From a virus (taxonomy: Duplodnaviria > Caudoviricetes), in the IMG/VR virus record IMGVR_UViG_3300021368_000002: 64,000 nt of DNA, one strand, 5' to 3'. This document shows positions 1-9,006 of this stretch, one piece after another. Within the stretch, counting starts at the first letter, position 1; each line of letters begins with the position of its first letter. A program made the translations under genes and the position numbers. Below the pieces are notes generated by a model. It saw nothing but the letters and a program-made list of their open reading frames with translations, ran no database searches and was not told where the DNA came from.

Positions 1-36
1 TATAATGTAATTGCATATTGTATTTATTGGATTTAG

Positions 37-408
37 ATGTTATTAAAAGAAATTGCAGAAAACTTTCCCTTTGTTAGCGTTGTTACATACGGCGGGCAAG
101 AGTTTGTCGGAATAGTCATTAACCAGGATCAATGGGTGACTAGTATGTATGTATACACAGATTTAAGAACACAGGAAGAAAAACAACTCTTACTAGATTT
201 AGGAGAGATTTGGTGGTGGGAATCAAATAGAATGATTCCTATTAATATCTTTTTGAGAGAAGAAATGAGTCCTTTCAAATATGCTATTCAAACAATGAAT
301 AGTAAGGACGTAAAGGTAAGCATAGGGCCTGTTGTTAACTTAAATGATATGCAAATAAAACGTGTAAAAAGAAAAAGCGTACAACTTGTGCGTAAACCAA
401 AAAATTAA
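37..408 (+). CDS. hypothetical phage protein (123 aa)
   Basis: Clean ORF with globular composition, converging on and overlapping the next gene by 4 nt; TATAAT at 1-6 may be its -10 box. Confidence 0.7.
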   Translation: MLLKEIAENFPFVSVVTYGGQEFVGIVINQDQWVTSMYVYTDLRTQEEKQLLLDLGEIWWWESNRMIPINIFLREEMSPFKYAIQTMNSKDVKVSIGPVVNLNDMQIKRVKRKSVQLVRKPKN

Positions 409-980
409 CTACCTGCAGACTGAGCAGATATCTTTTCACATATCAAGTTCATATGGACTACTACTGCTACTGCGTAAGATATAGCGTGTGCTTTCTTAAA
501 GTAGTAATCATCATTTTCCGGTTTTATCCATACTTCGTTTAAGATGCTGTTCCACGGCTTCCCAATAAGATGTCGCTTCGCCGGACGAATCATTGCCAAT
601 ACTGCTGCTAACTGTTCTATTGTTTCCGGCTTGGTTTGTTGGAGGATGTGTGAGTGGTCTCCTACGTGAAATAGCTGTTTGCTGAATTCTTCGTGCGTGA
701 GCAGATCCCATAATGGTTCCTTTGTCATAAGTTCTTGTAAATGAGTTTCATTCTTAATGTCTTTGTATATAGACACATTAAGAAAGTCTAGTTTAAAGTA
801 GCCACGGTCTTCTGCTGTTTTATAATCTATTGTGGCTAAATTATCCACAGGATTATGTGGAATTTCTGTTGTATAGATACCAGTATTGTGTTTCTTTTCA
901 GTATTCAACTTTGCTACTCTATGAGTAAGTTTAGATAGAACTTCTTCTCTATTTGCAAAGTCAATGTCGATATCAGGCAT
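405..980 (-). CDS. miniature DNA polymerase III alpha (DnaE, family C)-like catalytic core, 191 aa
   Basis: Starts at MPDIDIDF (DnaE PDxDxDF); also KHNTG (KHAGG), GYFKLDFL, KPETIEQLAAVLAMIRP (xP..FEDL.A..ALxRP) and YFKKAHAISYA (FNKSHS.AY). TAATG coupling to the upstream gene. Confidence 0.85.
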   Translation of the reverse strand: MPDIDIDFANREEVLSKLTHRVAKLNTEKKHNTGIYTTEIPHNPVDNLATIDYKTAEDRGYFKLDFLNVSIYKDIKNETHLQELMTKEPLWDLLTHEEFSKQLFHVGDHSHILQQTKPETIEQLAAVLAMIRPAKRHLIGKPWNSILNEVWIKPENDDYYFKKAHAISYAVAVVVHMNLICEKISAQSAGS

Positions 981-1669
981 TATAAATTTGCTTCCTTTGC
1001 AACATCTTTAACAAGTGCTATATCACTTGGTTGTCTTTTAAATCTCATTGCCCAGTGTTCGGGATTTATAACATGATAAACAAGTTGTAGTTGTTCATCG
1101 TTAAATTTACTTAGCATTTCTTTACCACTTTTACAATTTAAAATAAGCCACGGAGACATCTTTCCGTCTTTAATTTGCCACACAGCTCTATTCAAACTTA
1201 CATAGTAAAAATACGTATTCCATACTGCATCGTTTTCTTCAGCCCATTCCATCATTGTTTGGACACTGCGTTCTAATGCAGTTGTAACATCTTCTTTCAA
1301 AATAAACTGAAGTACATATTTTTCATATAATTCGTCTTTACACCAGTGGTCAAGTTTCACACCAGATTTAACTACATAGTCAATATATTTTTCAGGATAT
1401 AATGGACGAACATTAGAAATATAACTACCGAACCTAACAAACGCATTGTAGTACGGTGATTTGCTAAAGTCTTCATAGGTTTTTTCTTTTTTCGTTCCTG
1501 TACTGAGCGCATAAAATCTTTGAAACGCATAAAGCCCATATCTTACTCTTTTCTCATCTTTCTGTAATGCACGCCTTTTAGGTTCGCACATATGCGCCGC
1601 AAGTGTTTTTTCTTTTACATAACCATTACCGCAGTATTCACACTTATACGGCTTTTCTATCAAATCCAT
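980..1669 (-). CDS. zinc-finger protein; remainder possibly T4 gp59-like helicase loader
   Basis: N-terminal EKPYKCEYCG..(12)..HMC finger; start placed at the ATG at 1669 (MDLIEK); gp59 likeness is an eye alignment only. Confidence 0.55.
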   Translation of the reverse strand: MDLIEKPYKCEYCGNGYVKEKTLAAHMCEPKRRALQKDEKRVRYGLYAFQRFYALSTGTKKEKTYEDFSKSPYYNAFVRFGSYISNVRPLYPEKYIDYVVKSGVKLDHWCKDELYEKYVLQFILKEDVTTALERSVQTMMEWAEENDAVWNTYFYYVSLNRAVWQIKDGKMSPWLILNCKSGKEMLSKFNDEQLQLVYHVINPEHWAMRFKRQPSDIALVKDVAKEANL

Positions 1670-2099
1670 GTTGTTCAGCCAATTCTTGGACTTCTTTTTT
1701 TGTACATATTCTAGCAAGTAATTCTACCTCATCCTGTTTCATGTTAGGGTATATTTGTTCTAGTACTTTTACAACTTTACTATTGTCTGCTGTTTTCTTT
1801 TTAAACCCAACCCAGGGATGATATTCTATTTTTCCAGTTGCGCCGCTCATGCAAAGTAGTTGCCATTGTAATTGCTGGTGCTTACTTACTTCCATGTAGT
1901 TTTTATTGTAATATTCATTTGTTTTAAAAACTGCAAGTTCTTGCTTGTCTCTGTTGCCTTTTACACTACTAACGTATCTATTAAGCAACCAAAAGCTAAC
2001 TTGCTTACGTTCATCGTCAGACAGTTCTTTCCATACGTTTTTTCCGTCCATATCTATAGCAGCAAGTATATCTTTTATTGGTAGTTTTTGCTGTGCCAT
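1644..2099 (-). CDS. probable clamp-loader small subunit (T4 gp62-like)
   Basis: Pattern IKDILAAID..FWLLNRYVS..TNEYYN..QWQLL..YHPWV resembles gp62 (LKDWLNSIN..YIINRCLS..ANEMN..QYEFL..FSPWL). Confidence 0.45.
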   Translation of the reverse strand: MAQQKLPIKDILAAIDMDGKNVWKELSDDERKQVSFWLLNRYVSSVKGNRDKQELAVFKTNEYYNKNYMEVSKHQQLQWQLLCMSGATGKIEYHPWVGFKKKTADNSKVVKVLEQIYPNMKQDEVELLARICTKKEVQELAEQHGFDRKAV

Positions 2100-2761
2100 T
2101 CTTCTACATCCTTAGGTGTATTAATCTCAGTACCTTTATATTGTACACTCAAACAACCTATTTGCCAACCACTTTTTAGCCATCGTAGCTGTTCTAATTT
2201 TTCAACTTGTTCTTCACGTTCTTGTGGCAGCGACATATACATATTCAGTGCATTGCGTTTATAACCATATACACCTAGATGCCATTCGCCGTACCCAGTC
2301 ATACCTCTACCAAACCATAGTGCTTGATCACCTGCACGTACCATTTTTACACTGCTTGGTTCATTTTGTTTTTCTTCTGGCATTTCAGTAAAGACTGTTG
2401 TTACTGAATAATGTTTTAAGTGCCATTCTGCTTTGTCGATCATTTCTTCTGTGACATCAGGCATATCACCTTGTACGTTTATAAAATTATCATACTTGCT
2501 AAGTAAATCACCGTCAATAGCACCAGCACATCTTTCGGTTCCGTTTTCATAACGAACAGTTTGATCAATCCAACAAGTCTGCCAATCGAATAGCCCAGCG
2601 ATCGCCATACTGTCTGTGAGTACGTATGTGTCTCTTCCTGTTGCTTTACATTTTTCATACACAGTCTCGATCATAGTTTTATCGCCTAGCTTAATTAAAG
2701 GCTTGCCAGGTAACCTTGTACTTTTATACCTAGCGGGTATAATTATAGCCGACGATGTCAC
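2075..2761 (-). CDS. kdsB: 3-deoxy-manno-octulosonate cytidylyltransferase (CMP-Kdo synthetase)
   Basis: IIIPARYKSTRLPGKPL, NGTERC, NVQGDMP, HLGVYGY, EQVEKLEQLRWL, INTPKDV; GTG start at 2761 with GAGGAG 7 nt upstream. Confidence 0.93.
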   Translation of the reverse strand: MTSSAIIIPARYKSTRLPGKPLIKLGDKTMIETVYEKCKATGRDTYVLTDSMAIAGLFDWQTCWIDQTVRYENGTERCAGAIDGDLLSKYDNFINVQGDMPDVTEEMIDKAEWHLKHYSVTTVFTEMPEEKQNEPSSVKMVRAGDQALWFGRGMTGYGEWHLGVYGYKRNALNMYMSLPQEREEQVEKLEQLRWLKSGWQIGCLSVQYKGTEINTPKDVEEWHSKNYQ

Positions 2762-3509
2762 GTACAGTCTCCTCAAAATCATCTAGTCGAAGCATATTCG
2801 GACCATCGCTTGGTGCGTTATCAGGCAATTTGTGTACTTCGAGGAAGAAATTGCTGACCCCCAGAGCAGACCCGCTACGAGCGAACCCAGGTACAAGATC
2901 ACGATTGCCCCCACTGCTAGACCCTTGTCCCCCGGGTTTTTGGGCAGAGTGTGTACAATCCAACACGATAGGAACAGAAAGATTACTGAGCATCCAGTCA
3001 ATACCAGCGTAATCAACAACAAGGGTGTTATATCCAAAACAAGTACCTCTTTCTGTTATCCAGACTTCCTTAGCACCATTTGTTTTAGAAAGTATTCCTT
3101 TTACATCCCATGGCGCAAGGAATTGTCCTTTTTTAATATTTACTATCTTACCAGTATTTACCGCACTTTTAATGATATCTGTTTGTCTACAAAGAAATGC
3201 AGGTATTTGTATTACGTCTACAGCATTCATCCATTTATCAACGCCTTTAAAACTTTCAATCTCAAAGACACTATGAAAATCAGTTAAAATTTTAACTTTT
3301 AGTTTTTGTTTCAAAATAACAAAATCATCTAATGTTTTACGCATTCCTAACCCACGAATACCGTCAACACTTGTGCGATTGGCTTTATCAAAACTTGCTT
3401 TAAAATAATATTCGATTCCGTATTTGTCACATACACGTTTACATTCTGTTGCAATTTCTAAACTTTGTTCTATACTTTCGTGTTGGCACGGACCGGCTAT
3501 TATTCTCAT
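2730..3509 (-). CDS. kdsA: Kdo-8-phosphate synthase
   Basis: IIAGPC, FKASFDKANRTS, QIPAFLCRQTD, NIKKGQF, ERG, DCTHSAQ, PDNAPSDGPN. Confidence 0.95.
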   Translation of the reverse strand: MRIIAGPCQHESIEQSLEIATECKRVCDKYGIEYYFKASFDKANRTSVDGIRGLGMRKTLDDFVILKQKLKVKILTDFHSVFEIESFKGVDKWMNAVDVIQIPAFLCRQTDIIKSAVNTGKIVNIKKGQFLAPWDVKGILSKTNGAKEVWITERGTCFGYNTLVVDYAGIDWMLSNLSVPIVLDCTHSAQKPGGQGSSSGGNRDLVPGFARSGSALGVSNFFLEVHKLPDNAPSDGPNMLRLDDFEETVRDIVGYNYTR

Positions 3510-3772
3510 TTGTTATCCTTAAGTATATAATATGTTGTTAATAGTTTTTTCATTTGGTTTTTTAATGTAGGATATTCTTTTGCGAGTTCCATCATTTCTC
3601 GCCATTCACCGTAACTAAACAAATTACCTTCTGCTTTACTTACACCTTCAGGTGACCCACCAATTATCCATCTTGGTATCTGATTGTGCGGCGGGTCTCT
3701 ATAACGGGCATACACCACATCATCGACCCGTTCATAAACTAATGCCTCGCCATTTATAAGTTTAGCCGACAT
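3506..3772 (-). CDS. hypothetical protein (88 aa)
   Basis: Overlaps both neighbours (ATGA coupling to kdsA) inside the operon. Confidence 0.7.
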   Translation of the reverse strand: MSAKLINGEALVYERVDDVVYARYRDPPHNQIPRWIIGGSPEGVSKAEGNLFSYGEWREMMELAKEYPTLKNQMKKLLTTYYILKDNK

Positions 3773-4115
3773 ATGATCCTACAGTGCGTCTTACTATATC
3801 GTCATGGTTAAACTCTGCCCAGTATAGTTCAAATGCTACACCATCTTCAATACCTTCGAACTGATGTATCTTGCCTGGCTTTACTTGCATAAAGTCACCT
3901 GCCTCAAGAATAGTTTCATCTACTAAACCATCTTGGTCTCCGTCCTGCCAAACACGTACAAGCATTTTGCCTGACTCTACAAAGAAGCCATTCCATTTAT
4001 AACGGTGTTCATGTTCGCTACACTTGTAGCCTCCTTTGTATTCAATACGATGAAACTCTAGTACACCGTTAGCGTGAATAAGTTCTGTTTGTCCCCAAAT
4101 CTTTCCTGCTTTCAT
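3762..4115 (-). CDS. cupin protein (sugar-phosphate isomerase-like)
   Basis: KIWG start, CSEHEH..KWNGFFVESG and VKPGKIHQF cupin motifs. Confidence 0.8.
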   Translation of the reverse strand: MKAGKIWGQTELIHANGVLEFHRIEYKGGYKCSEHEHRYKWNGFFVESGKMLVRVWQDGDQDGLVDETILEAGDFMQVKPGKIHQFEGIEDGVAFELYWAEFNHDDIVRRTVGSYVG

Positions 4116-4621
4116 TATAACAACTTTCCATATTCTATAACTTCGCTTTGTCTACTTATTTCTTTTATAAAAAAAGCACACAAAGGATTTTCATCATTTG
4201 TTAATGGTATGCTCAGTAACTGTCCATTTTTTGTTTTAGGAAAGTACCATTTCACATCATTATAAAAATTAATTATTTTTATGCTGTTCCATTCAAATTT
4301 AGATCCAGTTAACGGATTGAAACAAAATGCATCAAATCCTCTATCATTTAAACTTGTTAATGGAAGTATTTCTAAATCAGCATCGGAGAATTGATCTCCT
4401 ACAGCTATACTCCAATCTAGCGGCATAGTAATTTCATTTCCACCTATCTCTAATACCATAGCAGGGGAACTAAAAGATTCTAAAAAGATTAACGGAATAA
4501 AATAAAAGTCAGGATCTTTTGGATCTGAATTATCTAATACACTAAAACGTATATCTTCCTCAATCTCATCAGGCATTTTGTTTAAATCATATGCGCTGTT
4601 TTCTAATGTTAATATTCTCAT
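4115..4621 (-). CDS. hypothetical protein with degenerate Hint (intein-like) fold
   Basis: ATGA overlap with the helicase stop; beta-strand pattern follows Hint blocks but lacks Cys1, TxxH and the terminal HN. Confidence 0.5.
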   Translation of the reverse strand: MRILTLENSAYDLNKMPDEIEEDIRFSVLDNSDPKDPDFYFIPLIFLESFSSPAMVLEIGGNEITMPLDWSIAVGDQFSDADLEILPLTSLNDRGFDAFCFNPLTGSKFEWNSIKIINFYNDVKWYFPKTKNGQLLSIPLTNDENPLCAFFIKEISRQSEVIEYGKLL

Positions 4622-6081
4622 TGCCAATCTACCTTTTCTATTGTAAAGGGATATTGAGCTTCCTTATAAAACTTTTTACGCTGTGTAAGGTGCCGCTTCG
4701 CAAACTTACAAGTACTTGTAAGGTCCCATATTTGTACGAAGTCTTTGTCCTTTGCCTTTCTTACGCCTCTACCTATTGATTGAATAACCCTTACAAATGA
4801 CTTGCCTGGTTCTATAAGAACAAGATTAAAAATACGAGGAATATTAATGCCGACGGCAGCAACGCCATACGTAGCAATGACCACGTGATTTGTTCCTTCG
4901 TTAATTTCGTCATATGCGTCCTTTCTATCTTTTAATTTTACATCGCCTTTAACAAAAACTGATCCTGGAATAAGTTCTTGTAATGCTTCGCCTGCTGATA
5001 TTCTATCTACTAGAATAAGTGTATTGCCTGATTCTTTTACTGTGGTTAACAGCTTGCCTATATATTCTAATCTGTTTGTATTTGTTGTTAAGTATTTTAA
5101 TTCTTCTTGATAGTTTGTATGTGCCGCAGTGTCCATTAATTGTACAATATTAACATGACATTGAGATAGTACGCCTTTGTCTTGTAATTCTTTAGCACTA
5201 ATTTGTCCTATTACTGGGCCTAGCGAAGCGTGTATTGCCTCAAACTCAAAACGTTCTTTAGGAACTGTACCAGTTAGTCCCCAACGTATTGGTGCATTGC
5301 GTAGGTTGCGTGTAAGCAAGTTTTTAAGGACTTCTGCTTTCGCTTGGTGTACTTCGTCAACAATAATAGTGCTAACACCGTCTAAGAACTCTGCGAGGCT
5401 TAGTACTGCACTGCCGTCTTTGAACTTCTTGTCTAGAATGTTCAAGCTCTGCCAAGTACAGATAGTGTGAGTCTTACCTAACTCTTTTCTGTCTCCGAAG
5501 TACACCCCTACGTCTAACCCACAATTGATGTAGTCTTCTTCTGTTTGTGTAACAAGTGATTTGTTAGGCACAATTACAAGACTACGTCCGTACGGCTCAC
5601 TAATGTGTGACAGTGTGGCAGTTGTGATTGTCTTACCTGCTCCTGTTGCAATCTCTTGCAAGCTCTGTGGGTTTTTTAAAAAGTTGTTAATTGCTTCTAC
5701 TTGATAGTCACGGAGAATTATTTCTTCGCCTTCTGCAGGATGTCCTTTGGGCCAGCATACACCTTGGTCAGCCCAGTAGCGTTCTGTAATAGGTTGTAAG
5801 TCTAATTTTATAGGATGACGTCTATCTTCAATGTCTACAATACTTACTTTGTTTTTCTCAAGTACTGAAACAATAGTGTCGAGATGATTAACATAACCTG
5901 TGCCGCCGATACCAAAAAAAGCAACTTTACCGTCCCAGCGTCCAAGTTTATACTGGGGCATATATCTTGCATAAGGCACTTCAAACTTGAGAGCATTTGA
6001 TAACTTTCGCCGTACATCTACTTCAAGTCCTTCTATCTTTATGTTTACTTCATCTTCAATTATTAGTTTACAAGTTGCCAT
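4618..6081 (-). CDS. uvsW: UvsW-like superfamily 2 DNA helicase
   Basis: LRDYQ, ATGAGKT, VDEVH, GLTGT, GINIP, QSIGRGVR. Confidence 0.92.
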   Translation of the reverse strand: MATCKLIIEDEVNIKIEGLEVDVRRKLSNALKFEVPYARYMPQYKLGRWDGKVAFFGIGGTGYVNHLDTIVSVLEKNKVSIVDIEDRRHPIKLDLQPITERYWADQGVCWPKGHPAEGEEIILRDYQVEAINNFLKNPQSLQEIATGAGKTITTATLSHISEPYGRSLVIVPNKSLVTQTEEDYINCGLDVGVYFGDRKELGKTHTICTWQSLNILDKKFKDGSAVLSLAEFLDGVSTIIVDEVHQAKAEVLKNLLTRNLRNAPIRWGLTGTVPKERFEFEAIHASLGPVIGQISAKELQDKGVLSQCHVNIVQLMDTAAHTNYQEELKYLTTNTNRLEYIGKLLTTVKESGNTLILVDRISAGEALQELIPGSVFVKGDVKLKDRKDAYDEINEGTNHVVIATYGVAAVGINIPRIFNLVLIEPGKSFVRVIQSIGRGVRKAKDKDFVQIWDLTSTCKFAKRHLTQRKKFYKEAQYPFTIEKVDWQ

Positions 6082-7256
6082 TATATCTCTTCAAATAAAT
6101 TTCGATTTAACACACTGTTTAGTTCATCGATTGCAATATTCAAATCAGTACTTTTAAATATTGTTTGTCTATGACCTTGATAAGAAGCATCAAATCTTAT
6201 AGTTGCGCCTGCACTCCAATCTGACTGGATAAGAGGTTTTGGAGGCTTTGCATTACTTTTAATATACACTATATCTGGATTATTGTCAAGTGAAACATTC
6301 ATATTGTTATTTTTAATAAAAGTATTAAATGGAGAAATCTCGTTGTCTTTATTTTCTAGTCTAAATAGCACAGAATGTTTTTTGTAAGGACAAGATGAAT
6401 AAATTCTTTCCAGTGTTTTTACATTATCATCTATAAAACACAAAACTGGTAGTCTATTCAAATTGAACAAGGCTTGCATAACATCTTGAATAGAAAACTC
6501 TTTAGGATTAATTATTACATTTATCTTTTTTCTATTAACGATTCTATTTTCTAAGCTGCTATTATCAATGTCGATATCTACAGAATATAATCCATATTTT
6601 ATAGATCTATCTTTTATTAGTTTCAAATCTAAATTAGTTTCTGCGTTTAATAACTCAAGTTTGCTATCCTCAAGATTATATACACCTGTATTATCAGCAT
6701 AAGGCATATATTTTTTAGGATTATCGATAATTTCTGAAACTTTGGCATAATAGTTTAACACATCATCTGATATTGTAAAATCTTTATTTTTAAATTTGTT
6801 TACAATATCATAAACAGTCATTTCAGTTAATTTAAGATAATGAATATGAGAACCTCTCGGGTGTATATGATATTTTCTATGCTTTAATAACACTTCTTCT
6901 AAAGCAAGTATAGTCTTTTTATTAAATGGGAACTTAATTGCAATCCATGTCCATGAGGTTTTAAATTCTTCATACTGTGTACGTTTTATAGGAACATCTG
7001 AAGAATCAACAATTTTAATATATTTTTCTCTGTCTATTTCCCGCAACGGCATACGAAGTTTATCATTAAACTTTACACCATAGTAATTTAATTTTTCAAC
7101 AATTACGTTACGCTGCCTGTCTGTAAGAGCTTTTTGTCTAAAGACTTGCCTGCCAATACTATTTAATATAGTATGGTCGGTACTTTCTATTTTAATATCT
7201 AAACCTTCTTGAAGACCTACAAGGTGTTCAAGAGCATCTTCTATTGTGTTAAACAT
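6081..7256 (-). CDS. hypothetical protein (391 aa), first gene of the helicase/Kdo operon
   Basis: Long ORF directly after a sigma70-type promoter; TAATG coupling to uvsW. Confidence 0.75.
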   Translation of the reverse strand: MFNTIEDALEHLVGLQEGLDIKIESTDHTILNSIGRQVFRQKALTDRQRNVIVEKLNYYGVKFNDKLRMPLREIDREKYIKIVDSSDVPIKRTQYEEFKTSWTWIAIKFPFNKKTILALEEVLLKHRKYHIHPRGSHIHYLKLTEMTVYDIVNKFKNKDFTISDDVLNYYAKVSEIIDNPKKYMPYADNTGVYNLEDSKLELLNAETNLDLKLIKDRSIKYGLYSVDIDIDNSSLENRIVNRKKINVIINPKEFSIQDVMQALFNLNRLPVLCFIDDNVKTLERIYSSCPYKKHSVLFRLENKDNEISPFNTFIKNNNMNVSLDNNPDIVYIKSNAKPPKPLIQSDWSAGATIRFDASYQGHRQTIFKSTDLNIAIDELNSVLNRNLFEEI

Positions 7257-7262
7257 ACAACT

Positions 7263-7291
7263 ATAATAAACTATAAAAGCATATTTGTCAA
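7263..7291 (-). promoter_or_regulatory. sigma70-type promoter TTGACA-17-TATTAT; 6 nt to ATG (probably leaderless)
   Basis: Minus strand TTGACA aatatgcttttatagtt TATTAT agttgt ATG. Confidence 0.75.
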
Positions 7292-8122
7292 GTATTTAAG
7301 TGGCAAACCTTGGGAAATTTCTTCAATTGTATACTCTGTATGTGCATAGTCATTTAGCCATTGAGTTCTATCTGGTCTTAAAGGATTCTCTATATCATGC
7401 AAAAAGTCTATGTCGTTAGCTACATCATATGCTAGGCTATGTGTGCTTACAAATGCAGGTACGCCTTCTATGATACTGTGTATTCCTGGATTACTACTAT
7501 AACTTACAGTAGCAAATACATTATTAAACTGCATATCAAAATCGTCATAAGTTCCACTAATATATTTTGGCTCCTGTCTAAACACATTTCTGTATTGGTG
7601 TTCTATTGCTTCTAATTTACACCTTGGATGAGGTCTAAAAATTATAGGACGGTCACTGTGTTTTTGGATACTTTCAATAGTATCCATTACCCAATTAGAC
7701 ATAGAAGGCATTCCTTGCCATTGTAAACTTTTATCGTGCTGCCCACATATTAAAATGTATTCGCCGTTATTTTGCCAAGGCTTTAGTTCAAGGTCAAGTT
7801 TCTTTGCCCTGTCATCGGTATTTCCTTTTTCACTAAAATATGCATCACGATTTATTCCATTAAGTCCGACTTTCCACGTTTGCCCTCTCTTGATGCCCCC
7901 GACTTCCAGTACAATGGTCGGTTTGGATTGTGCCATGTTTCTTTTCCATATATCACGGTTTCTAGCCATACGGCCGTTGAACAATACGCTCCATATAACA
8001 TCAATACTATTATCAGAGCTATCGTCAACGCTATGCCCAAGAGCCATAGCGCCAGCGTGAAAGGCGTCAAAAACAGGGCCAGAATTAAGTGCGCCATATT
8101 GTCTCCATAATTTAAAATTCAT
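7271..8122 (-). CDS. GT-B glycosyltransferase, KpsS/KpsC (capsule-synthesis)-like
   Basis: YILICGQHDKS, IIFRPHP, YSSNPGIHSIIEGVPAF. Confidence 0.6.
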   Translation of the reverse strand: MNFKLWRQYGALNSGPVFDAFHAGAMALGHSVDDSSDNSIDVIWSVLFNGRMARNRDIWKRNMAQSKPTIVLEVGGIKRGQTWKVGLNGINRDAYFSEKGNTDDRAKKLDLELKPWQNNGEYILICGQHDKSLQWQGMPSMSNWVMDTIESIQKHSDRPIIFRPHPRCKLEAIEHQYRNVFRQEPKYISGTYDDFDMQFNNVFATVSYSSNPGIHSIIEGVPAFVSTHSLAYDVANDIDFLHDIENPLRPDRTQWLNDYAHTEYTIEEISQGLPLKYLTNMLL

Positions 8123-8123
8123 C

Positions 8124-8149
8124 TGTAAATACCTTGTATACTATTTACA
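8124..8149. promoter_or_regulatory. face-to-face pair of late-type promoters (TAAATA on both strands)
   Basis: tgtaaata-N10-tatttaca inverted repeat in the 38-nt gap between two divergent GT genes. Confidence 0.6.
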
Positions 8150-8160
8150 AAGGAATTTAA

Positions 8161-9006
8161 ATGCAAGATATAACTGTGGTTACAACTTTTCATAAACCCG
8201 GCTTAGAAGAATACGGTCAAAGATTTTTAGATAGTTTTGCTGAACGAGTTGATAAGAAAATTAAGTTACTTGTGTACGCAGAAGGCTGTTCACCTACTAT
8301 AGATCCTATGTGTGAAAACATTAGAGTTTTTGACCAATTTGAAGCATTACCTAAACTTAATGCATTTAAAAGCACCTGGAGTGCTGTTCCTAAAGCAAAT
8401 GGTATACCACCAGATGACATTAAAGCAAGAAGACCGAGAGACTGGCATAAAAAGTTCAAATGGGATGCTGTAAGATTTGCTAATAAGGTATATGCTGTAT
8501 TTGATGCTTGTGAACGTAGTAGTGATTGGTGTGTATGGATGGATGCTGATAGCTATATTCATAGCGATTGGAGTTATGAAGATTTTAAAAAACTATTACC
8601 AGACGACAAATGGATTACGTATGTAGGTAGAGGCAAAGGATCACAAACTTGGCCTGAGTGTGGATTTTATGGATTGAACTTAAAGCATGGTGCTTGCCAA
8701 ACATTTTTAGAAGAATTTGAACGGTTCTATGAAGATGCAGAGAATGGAATTTTTACATTAGAAGAATGGCATGATAGTTTTGTGTTTGGACATATTCTAA
8801 ATAAAATGAAAACCTTACGTCCAGATATTTTAGACTACAGTGCTAATATGTATATGCGTGAAGCAAAAACAGGTGGTGGAGGACATCCACTAATTAATGG
8901 ACCATTAGGCAAATTTATGGACCACATGAAAGGTGACAGGAAAGTTACTGGAAAAAGTAAAAAGTCTGATATGCTAGTACAGAGAAAAGAATCTTACTGG
9001 ACATAA
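8161..9006 (+). CDS. GT-A fold glycosyltransferase
   Basis: VVTTF start, RFANKVYA, DxD motif WMDAD, ECGFY, EWHDS. Confidence 0.8.
   Translation: MQDITVVTTFHKPGLEEYGQRFLDSFAERVDKKIKLLVYAEGCSPTIDPMCENIRVFDQFEALPKLNAFKSTWSAVPKANGIPPDDIKARRPRDWHKKFKWDAVRFANKVYAVFDACERSSDWCVWMDADSYIHSDWSYEDFKKLLPDDKWITYVGRGKGSQTWPECGFYGLNLKHGACQTFLEEFERFYEDAENGIFTLEEWHDSFVFGHILNKMKTLRPDILDYSANMYMREAKTGGGGHPLINGPLGKFMDHMKGDRKVTGKSKKSDMLVQRKESYWT

Noticed and set aside
2755-3287. Several 83-151 aa ORFs overlapping kdsA
   Set aside because: Fully inside a well-supported gene, with no motifs; shadow ORFs, like most short opposite-strand ORFs in the track.
4115-6081. Active intein in the helicase
   Set aside because: The helicase ends with its own stop; the Hint-like ORF is separate and lacks splicing residues.
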